The notes under the pieces are model-generated. The model had not been told where the DNA came from. It saw only the letters and a list, made by a program, of their open reading frames with translations, and did not search any database. The position numbers and the translations under genes are program-made. From contig CAYSHM010000004.1 of the NCBI GenBank assembly GCA_964430885.1, forward strand, positions 134,036-198,035: 64,000 bases of DNA, read 5' to 3'. Every line of letters starts with the position of its first letter. Within the stretch, counting starts at the first letter, position 1. The stretch is from an uncultured archaeon. Its GTDB lineage: Archaea > Thermoplasmatota > Penumbrarchaeia > JASLWR01. Shown here in pieces: positions 56,914 through 64,000 of this stretch.

Positions 56914-57933
56914 ATGGATATGATCAAGGTAGGTATCAACGGGTACGGCACCATAGGAAAAAGGGTAGCTGATGCAATAACCGTTCAGAGGGACATGATG
57001 GTTGTTGGTGTGACCAAAAGAAGAGCGGATTACGAAGCACGCCTGTCCATCAAGAAGAACTACGATCTTTATGCTGCGGAAGCGGAGCATTTGGAGAGAT
57101 TTGAGGAGAAGGATATACCGGTAAAGGGAACATTGGATGATCTTTTGGAAGTTGCCGATGTAATAATTGATTGTACGCCAGGGGGTGTAGGTGCCCGATA
57201 TATGAACCGATACAGGGAGAGAGGGGTCAAGGCCATACTCCAGGGAGGTGAAAAACACGAGACCACCGGTTTTTCATTCAATGCATTCGTGACCTTTGAA
57301 GAGGCCAAGAAGGTTGATTTTGCACGGGTTGTTTCCTGTAATACCACAGGCCTCTGCAGGACTTTATACCCAATTTACAAGGTATTCGGAATAAAGCGGG
57401 TCATCAGCACGATGATAAGAAGAAGTGCAGACCCGATGGATTCCAATAAGGGACCCATCAATGCTATAGAGCCAGTCCTTACCGTGCCTTCCCATCACGG
57501 TCCTGATGTGCAGACCGTAATTCCCGACATGAACATACAGACCCTTGCAGTTAAGGTGCCTACCACAATAATGCACCTTCACTCAATAGCGGTTGACCTG
57601 ACCGATGATAAGGTAACTTCCGATGATATTCTTGATCTGTGGAACCGAACACCACGAATAAAGTTCGTTAAGGGTGCACACGGCATTAAATCCACAGCGC
57701 AGATAATGGAGGTGGCCCGTGACCTGAATAGACCAAGGGGTGATTTCAACGAGATCATAGTATGGAAGGATGGGGCTCATGTCGTGAACGGTACGCTTTA
57801 CTATTATCAGGCCATACACCAGGAGTCGGATGTTATTCCTGAGATAGTTGATTGTATCAGAGCAATGTTCGGTTTCGAAGGCGATTTCACAGAATCCGTA
57901 GCACTGACCGACAGTGCACTGGGTATTTTGTGA
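56914..57933 (+). CDS. gap: type II (archaeal) glyceraldehyde-3-phosphate dehydrogenase
   Basis: INGYGTIGKRVADA, QGGEK, VVSCNTTGL, PSHHGPDV, IHQESDV.PE..D.IRAM. Confidence 0.98.
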   Translation: MDMIKVGINGYGTIGKRVADAITVQRDMMVVGVTKRRADYEARLSIKKNYDLYAAEAEHLERFEEKDIPVKGTLDDLLEVADVIIDCTPGGVGARYMNRYRERGVKAILQGGEKHETTGFSFNAFVTFEEAKKVDFARVVSCNTTGLCRTLYPIYKVFGIKRVISTMIRRSADPMDSNKGPINAIEPVLTVPSHHGPDVQTVIPDMNIQTLAVKVPTTIMHLHSIAVDLTDDKVTSDDILDLWNRTPRIKFVKGAHGIKSTAQIMEVARDLNRPRGDFNEIIVWKDGAHVVNGTLYYYQAIHQESDVIPEIVDCIRAMFGFEGDFTESVALTDSALGIL

Positions 57934-58043
57934 TCTTTGATATGTTTGATTTTCATGGTTTTGGTTTTCATGTGCTGACCATATCCAACCGCAAGGTATG
58001 GGAATGATCGGCAATGGAGTTTAATTTGGAGTTGTGAAAAGAG

Positions 58044-58613
58044 ATGAACGTAGGTAATGTTCCACTGGAACACATTTTGAGGATAGGTTGGGCAGTTATC
58101 GCCCTGATGTTCCTAGTGGATATCTTGCTGTTATACCGAAAACCAAAAATAGGGGTTGTGGCCTTTGATCTGAAGACCGGCTTTAAGGATGAGCTTCTCT
58201 GCAACCTTCCTTCTCTATTCGCTTTTACAGTGTCCTTCGCCATGGTTATTTTCTTTCAGGTCAGGACAAGTTCATCGTCATTCTCGACCATTGACGGATT
58301 GCTCTTCGCCTGGGCTGTAATTACCATGATCTTCTATTTATTGGTACCGAAGAGGACGATATTAGCGGATGAGGGAATTTTTTATGCTGGAAATTTGGTC
58401 AAGTGGGAGAAGATACGCAAAGTGGTGCAAAAGGATGATATGGTTATACTTCGAAGGGACCGCGTCATGCTTCTCCCGCCTATCAAGCTGTTAAGTGGAA
58501 AGGAGGATATTGAATCAATATACCGCTATTCTGCGGGAAAGGCGAAACTGGTATTGCAGGAAGGCCCTTCAAATGGCCCCGGTTCCGGCGGTGATGAAAA
58601 TGACCATCAATAG
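58044..58613 (+). CDS. hypothetical 3-TM protein with a C-terminal PH-like domain
   Basis: Three hydrophobic segments followed by I..EGI......W..I. Confidence 0.7.
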   Translation: MNVGNVPLEHILRIGWAVIALMFLVDILLLYRKPKIGVVAFDLKTGFKDELLCNLPSLFAFTVSFAMVIFFQVRTSSSSFSTIDGLLFAWAVITMIFYLLVPKRTILADEGIFYAGNLVKWEKIRKVVQKDDMVILRRDRVMLLPPIKLLSGKEDIESIYRYSAGKAKLVLQEGPSNGPGSGGDENDHQ

Positions 58614-59559
58614 CCTATCCTTAGTGTTATCTGATCCCTTTCCCTTCAGTTCTTCCCAGGGTTTGGAATTGGTCCTCAGGATATTTGGGTCTATGGGCGG
58701 TGCTCCCTTCATCACCCTTGTTTCCCTTGCGGTATATTTTTTTCATCACCGCAAGATGGGTTTGGATTTGTTGTACCTCGGTATTCTGGTTTCCATAGCA
58801 GGCATGTGTTTACAATGGGTGGCAGGGATGAATCCACCGTCTCCTGATGTCAGAATGGTGGATACATCGGCGTATTCATTTCCCGATATCAATGTGGCAC
58901 GGGGCGTTTCCGTGGGTGTGATGTTGGGTTTTTTTATCCCCCGCAAGTCTGTCAGGTACACGTGTGCGGCAGCATCGTTTCTTATTGCTTTTTCCCGCCT
59001 TTATCTTGGCGTATCTTATCCTCGGGACCTCCTCGGGGGGGTCATTGTTGGACTTATTGTTCTTTTTATGTTCAGCAGACTCATCAAGTTCTACAGGCCA
59101 GCATTGAAAGCTATGGCCGTCAAGCGGGATTTTTCACCTCTTCCCATGGTATTTTTCTTCATTGTTTCGATATTTTGCCTTTTAAAAATATTTATTCCAT
59201 CGGATGATGGAGGAGCTCTTTTTCTTGGTTTTATGGGGGGTTCTGTTATGGGGCATTTCTCTTCAAGAAGAGGGGATGCATCCCCTTATGACGATGATCC
59301 CGAAGACGGCGGTACCCTATCCGGAGAAATGAACGAGATCAAGGAAGCTCCCTCCAAGCCCATGGGATGGGGGACTGCTTTCTTGCTTGTTCTTGTCTAT
59401 ACTCTTTTACTTGTTGGAATGTACTTCTTTCTTGAAAAGAACACATTGCATCCACTGTTTAAGGATAGTTTGATCCTTGTAATATCCTGCACGGTCATGG
59501 TGTTTTTGATCAATATCTATTATTATTTGGAGAATGAGAAGAATGACACGGATAATTAG
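58600..59559 (+). CDS. PAP2-family membrane protein lacking catalytic residues
   Basis: YSFPDIN (vs SFPSGH) and SRLYLGVSYPRD (vs SRxxxxxHxxxD); start set at ATG 58600 after SD GGTGA. Confidence 0.8.
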   Translation: MTINSLSLVLSDPFPFSSSQGLELVLRIFGSMGGAPFITLVSLAVYFFHHRKMGLDLLYLGILVSIAGMCLQWVAGMNPPSPDVRMVDTSAYSFPDINVARGVSVGVMLGFFIPRKSVRYTCAAASFLIAFSRLYLGVSYPRDLLGGVIVGLIVLFMFSRLIKFYRPALKAMAVKRDFSPLPMVFFFIVSIFCLLKIFIPSDDGGALFLGFMGGSVMGHFSSRRGDASPYDDDPEDGGTLSGEMNEIKEAPSKPMGWGTAFLLVLVYTLLLVGMYFFLEKNTLHPLFKDSLILVISCTVMVFLINIYYYLENEKNDTDN

Positions 59560-59655
59560 AATAAGACTCAAGGCGGAGAAGTAATAATATCTTCATGTGA
59601 TGATAAAATGATATTTCCATGAGAAATTCATAAATAATAATGACAGTAGGATGTT

Positions 59656-60213
59656 TTGAACATGATAATTGTCCTCGAGGGTATAGATAATTCAGGAAAG
59701 ACCTTTCAGTCGATGGAATTGAAAAGGATACTAGTTGCTATGGGATACAGCGTTGATGTCAAGAAAGACAACATCGAAAAGCTGCTAGCCGTGGGAAGGC
59801 GTTATGTGAAGGATAATGATGTTCCTGAATTCTTCGGTGAATTTATAGAGGGCGCTTCTAGATACCTGGGTTATTCGCACATCCCTCCAAATGCTGACAT
59901 TGTTATAATTGACCGGTTCATCCATACGGTATACTCACACAGTATCGGGAATCTTTCCGGTGTTACGGATCTCCCATCGGCCCAGCTCATTTGTGATCTG
60001 ATAATTTATCTTGACATCACTCCAGAAGAATCCCTTAGAAGGTCCAGATTACTGGGGGAACCAATCCCCTTGGGATTGGAAAAACAGGGTGAGATCAGAT
60101 CGAAATTCATGGAAATGGTGGATAGGGGCATCCTTGTTAAGGTTGATGGGATGCAGCCCTATGAAATGGTAACTGAAGAGATGATGGGTCTCATTATGGA
60201 TCGGTTAGGTTGA
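59656..60213 (+). CDS. tmk: thymidylate kinase-like protein
   Basis: IVLEGIDNSGKT P-loop, IIDRF, DLIIYLD..PE..L.R. Confidence 0.75.
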   Translation: MNMIIVLEGIDNSGKTFQSMELKRILVAMGYSVDVKKDNIEKLLAVGRRYVKDNDVPEFFGEFIEGASRYLGYSHIPPNADIVIIDRFIHTVYSHSIGNLSGVTDLPSAQLICDLIIYLDITPEESLRRSRLLGEPIPLGLEKQGEIRSKFMEMVDRGILVKVDGMQPYEMVTEEMMGLIMDRLG

Positions 60214-60276
60214 TTGGATGCTGTTTTCTTCTTGAACTTCCGCAAGTTTTCATATTCTATTATTTCCGGTTCGACC

Positions 60277-63200
60277 TCAGGGCGGTGGCGGCGGTGTTCT
60301 TTTCTTGGCAGGCGGAGGAGGCAAAACTTTCCTCACGGGTATGGTATGTGCAAATTCTTCGTCGAGAAATTCCCCCCCGCCATTTATCTCGTGTATTGGT
60401 TCTTCCGAAATTTTCAGCTCTCCGTTAACCTGACTGCAGTGCCCTTCGTCACTTACTTCGATTTCCCTTTCAGCGACACCATCAGAGAACGTGCTAACTT
60501 CCTTCTCCGTAGGGTCACCCCGCTCAATAGTATCCATTTCCGTGTTTTTGATTATATTTACCCCTGCAGTTGTTCCGTCCCCAGAATCATCCCTTTTACT
60601 CTTTCTTTTTAGCACCAGAACGATTGCGAGAATGATGACCCCTGCCATAACCACCACGATTATTAGTATTAAGGTCCAGTTGGACAACCCACTGGAACCG
60701 TCATCCCCTGTTGTATCTATCTTCTTATCATCACCGAGTATGTTCACAGTCATTTCATACTCTCCTTCCATTCCATCACCATCAGTAACCGTGAGGGTTA
60801 TTTTGGTCCTTCCCTCCTTTATTAATTGGATTTCAGCAGTGATCCCAGCAGCCTTCCGCCCTCCGATTGACCATTTGTACTCGAGACCGACCATATCTCC
60901 CGGTGTGTCGGAAGTTCCGGATGCGTTCAGTACTATTGTTCCCCCTACACGCATCTCACCGTCAATAGTGAAAAAGGCTTCCGGTGGTAGATTGACCACT
61001 GTTATGTATTTTTGGAATAGGGAGTAATCCCCGTCATCGTCCGTTACAATAAGCTCTACTTTCTGTTTGCCGGAGCTTTGGAAAGTATATTCCGCCACAG
61101 GCCGGTACAATGTTCGTTTTCCCTCAAAGGACCATGTGAAGTTGAGCCCCTCAAGGTCGGAAGGCGTATCCGAACTCCCTTGACCATTGAAGAAGACGGT
61201 GGTATTCTCGTCCACGCTGCCAGCAGGATAGCATGTGAACAGCGCTGTCGGTACCACATTGGAGATTGTTATGCTCTCAGTGACATTTGAAGTACCGTTG
61301 CTGTTGTCCATGATATGAAGCATCACCTGGAAGACTCCAGACCTATTGTAAATGTGATAGAACATCTCGCGGTTCTGCCATTCAGTAATATTTCCGTCCC
61401 CGAAATCCACCCTGTACATCAGCTCCTCCGAATCCGATATGGTATCTTCCCCCGAAGCGCTGAATCCCACCTGCATATCTTCTACGGCCTCAACATTGAG
61501 TATGTCAAGATCGCCCTCGGGCAGTAAATTCATGATGTTCACAGTGATATTCAGGCCCCCTATATCCCCGTCTCCATCCCTTACCATCAGGGCGGCAGTA
61601 TAGGTTCCCGCCTGTGTATAGATATGCTGTGCGTCACCCTCGCTACTCCACGGTGTGTAGCCTCCATCGCCGAACAGCCAGGAATATTCAAGTTCGTCCG
61701 TGTCGTTGAGTGTATCCCATCCACTTCCCTCGAATAAAACAACAGAATCTTCAGTTCCGTTTATCACAAGTTCTGCATTGACTATTGGAACCACATTGTA
61801 TATTGATAGATTGAGCGTATCGGAACAGGTATCCCCGTCATCATCCATGACGGTAAGTGTAACTATATATTCTCCCTCATCCGGGTAAGTATGGTTCGCA
61901 TAGGGGGATGATGACCAGGTCGTGTTGTGATCATTCCCGAAATCCCACTTGTAGTATAGTCCTTCTTTTATGTCGCTGTCGGTATCTGTGCTTTCACCGC
62001 CGTTGAACAGTATTCCGTTGTCCTCCCAACCGATCAGGTCCCCTCCTGCATTGGCAATAGGGGCAGGATTGCTAACATTTACAGTAATGTCCGCTGTATC
62101 TCCGAAATGGGTAACAGAATTGTACAGCCTTGCAGAAATATTGTATTCACCTTTCTGTTCATAGACCCAGTTAATGCTTAATACATCTCCATTTGCATTG
62201 GGTGTTTCCATGGACTCGAAAACTCCATCATCATCCAGATCCCATTCAACCTTGAAATCTCCGCTGGAAAGTATCTCCGATGCGCTAAGTACAGCATTGA
62301 AAACATCATCCTCAAATATCTGGTCGGGAGAGGTACTTAATGAATCTATGGACACGATGCCTTCCCCTTCCACAATGGTCAGAGTGACGCCGGTATCCAC
62401 ATAGAAAAGCTCGGTTTTGCTATCCGGGCCCCAGTTGATAAGAATGCGCTCCACCGTATCGAAATCCCCGAGACCGAAATGCACAACAGGTGAATTCTGG
62501 AATCCATGACCTCCTGCATCTCCTCCAACAGTCCTCATCATACTGAGCTGATCATCTCCATCCCTGCACCACACAATGACCGATACACCGATAGCCCCTC
62601 TGTTGGCATCAGTTCCCTGGAGTTTCAATTTCAGCCAGTTGTTATTGTTTCCCTGGTTCTGGAACAGGTGGAGCTGTCTTTTGCCTTTGAAGGGATAGGT
62701 CCCTTCGGTCACCAGGTCCAGATCGCCATCATTGTCATAATCCGCCCACGCGGCTCCGGTATTTGACCATACCCTTATGCCAAGGCTCTCGGCCTGGTCG
62801 GTGAATGAACGGTCGCCGTTATTCCGCCAGAGGTAGCACCAGTCCCAGAATGAATATGTCTTTACCTGGGGTATCCAGATGTCCAGGTCACCATCGTTAT
62901 CGTAATCGCCCCAGGTACAGCCGAAGTAATCCTCGTCTTTCCAGTATCCATTCCCCTCGTTATCGTATATTATTGTACCAGACGGCGTTATTGGAATTCC
63001 CACCTCTTCTCTCACATCCTGGAAATGGTATTCCGGAAAACCCGAGGATTCAAGAAGCTGTGAATCATCGCAGAAGGCTCCGCGGTTCATTCCTGAACGC
63101 TCGTCATCCTTGTGGGCCAGATTGCTCACCCAAAGGTCGGGGTCGAGGTCGTTGTCGTAATCGCCCCAAGCGCACCCAGGCGTATGACCATAGTAGGGAC

Positions 63201-63999
63201 CGTTACCCTGGTAATAGTCCGCATCCCCGTCGACATCAGCATGCTGGGGCCCCGCTTTATCAATGAAGGTGCCGTCTCCCTGGTTCTCCCACAGATAGTT
63301 GGGACATAGGTGATAATTACCCACATAGATGTCCTGCCATCCGTCCTGGTTATAGTCGCATACTGCGATTGACATGGCGGCATATGCCGGATTGTCCCTA
63401 TATATTCCTGCTTCCTGGGTAACATCTGTGAAGGTGCCGTCCCCGTTGTTATGCCACAGATGATCCGGCATTCCCCAGTTGGGCCAGTTGTACTGGGTAT
63501 TGTAATTATCCTTTACCCAGCAGGTCGAGAACAGGTCCACGAAACCGTCATTATCATAATCCACCCAAGCAGCTGCCTCGGTGGGTGCGCTGTCGGCGTG
63601 ATACATCTCGGGGCTTGTAGCGTTGATGAAATTGTAATTGGGAGGTCCTTCGTTGTGCCAGAGTGTGTCCCCCCTGTCGCCGCAGTAGAAATCCAGATTC
63701 CCGTCGTTATCGTAATCCGCCCATATGCTGTATCCCCGGCAGTTTAAACCCCTTTCCAGTGTAACATCGGCGAAGGTGAAATAAGGCGGACCCTGGTTTT
63801 CGAAAAGCATAGTGCCCATTGTGGTGTTTCCCCTGACCAGAAGATCAAGATATCCGTCATTATTATAGTCACCCCATGCCAGATTGTCACCTCTGATGCC
63901 CTCCAGCCCTACTTCGGGCGATACATTGATGAAGGCAACGGCTTCATTATCTCTCATATTATCAGGCAGTTTTGACAATTCCTCTCGGCCCTTGATGAT
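60277..63999 (-). CDS. FG-GAP/CRTAC1-like propeller + ASPIC/UnbV + about 6 PKD domains + TM + Pro-rich tail (5'-truncated)
   Basis: Seven W/C.DY.NDG..D repeats; NNWL.L.L.G...NR.AIG...HFGLG; PKD motifs; the frame stays open to the window end. Confidence 0.9.
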   Translation of the reverse strand: MIKGREELSKLPDNMRDNEAVAFINVSPEVGLEGIRGDNLAWGDYNNDGYLDLLVRGNTTMGTMLFENQGPPYFTFADVTLERGLNCRGYSIWADYDNDGNLDFYCGDRGDTLWHNEGPPNYNFINATSPEMYHADSAPTEAAAWVDYDNDGFVDLFSTCWVKDNYNTQYNWPNWGMPDHLWHNNGDGTFTDVTQEAGIYRDNPAYAAMSIAVCDYNQDGWQDIYVGNYHLCPNYLWENQGDGTFIDKAGPQHADVDGDADYYQGNGPYYGHTPGCAWGDYDNDLDPDLWVSNLAHKDDERSGMNRGAFCDDSQLLESSGFPEYHFQDVREEVGIPITPSGTIIYDNEGNGYWKDEDYFGCTWGDYDNDGDLDIWIPQVKTYSFWDWCYLWRNNGDRSFTDQAESLGIRVWSNTGAAWADYDNDGDLDLVTEGTYPFKGKRQLHLFQNQGNNNNWLKLKLQGTDANRGAIGVSVIVWCRDGDDQLSMMRTVGGDAGGHGFQNSPVVHFGLGDFDTVERILINWGPDSKTELFYVDTGVTLTIVEGEGIVSIDSLSTSPDQIFEDDVFNAVLSASEILSSGDFKVEWDLDDDGVFESMETPNANGDVLSINWVYEQKGEYNISARLYNSVTHFGDTADITVNVSNPAPIANAGGDLIGWEDNGILFNGGESTDTDSDIKEGLYYKWDFGNDHNTTWSSSPYANHTYPDEGEYIVTLTVMDDDGDTCSDTLNLSIYNVVPIVNAELVINGTEDSVVLFEGSGWDTLNDTDELEYSWLFGDGGYTPWSSEGDAQHIYTQAGTYTAALMVRDGDGDIGGLNITVNIMNLLPEGDLDILNVEAVEDMQVGFSASGEDTISDSEELMYRVDFGDGNITEWQNREMFYHIYNRSGVFQVMLHIMDNSNGTSNVTESITISNVVPTALFTCYPAGSVDENTTVFFNGQGSSDTPSDLEGLNFTWSFEGKRTLYRPVAEYTFQSSGKQKVELIVTDDDGDYSLFQKYITVVNLPPEAFFTIDGEMRVGGTIVLNASGTSDTPGDMVGLEYKWSIGGRKAAGITAEIQLIKEGRTKITLTVTDGDGMEGEYEMTVNILGDDKKIDTTGDDGSSGLSNWTLILIIVVVMAGVIILAIVLVLKRKSKRDDSGDGTTAGVNIIKNTEMDTIERGDPTEKEVSTFSDGVAEREIEVSDEGHCSQVNGELKISEEPIHEINGGGEFLDEEFAHTIPVRKVLPPPPAKKRTPPPPP

Positions 64000-64000
64000 C

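Noticed and set aside
58495-58613. 119-bp overlap between the 3-TM gene and the PAP2 ORF, suggesting a frameshift
   Set aside because: An ATG at 58600 with SD GGTGA reduces it to an ordinary 14-bp overlap.

Overview
Archaeal chromosomal segment. TBP, NAC, type II GAPDH, an archaeosortase, intron-type tRNA and PKD-rich surface proteins point to Archaea; Thermoplasmatota is my inference. It carries housekeeping genes (rpiA, hisS, nac, tbp, gap, tmk, HemK-type methylase), four complete tRNAs (Arg-TCT, Arg-TCG with a 55-nt BHB intron, Gly-CCC, Leu-TAG), a truncated probable tRNA-Gln, and many large membrane-anchored surface proteins. Three loci stand out. (1) 46.3-54.0 kb: a translationally coupled four-gene operon of a giant extracellular CotH-family kinase with five lamin-tail domains, a small lamin-tail protein, a VTC/CYTH polyphosphate-polymerase-domain protein and a DUF4956 membrane protein; this is a candidate polyphosphate-fed extracellular phosphorylation system. 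(2) 11.1-20.9 kb: an archaeosortase between two paralogous VIT-vWA surface proteins, only one with PEF-CTERM, followed by a WD40/Ca-repeat transmembrane Ser/Thr kinase and twin membrane proteins. (3) 31.5-35.3 kb: a membrane-tethered winged-helix regulator sharing a 34-bp identical juxtamembrane segment with its unrelated neighbour, close to a site-2 protease. Several apparent pseudo-enzymes also occur (PAP2, endonuclease IV, PrsW-like). I saw no CRISPR array, transposase or integrase. All calls come from motif recognition by eye; no database searches were run.
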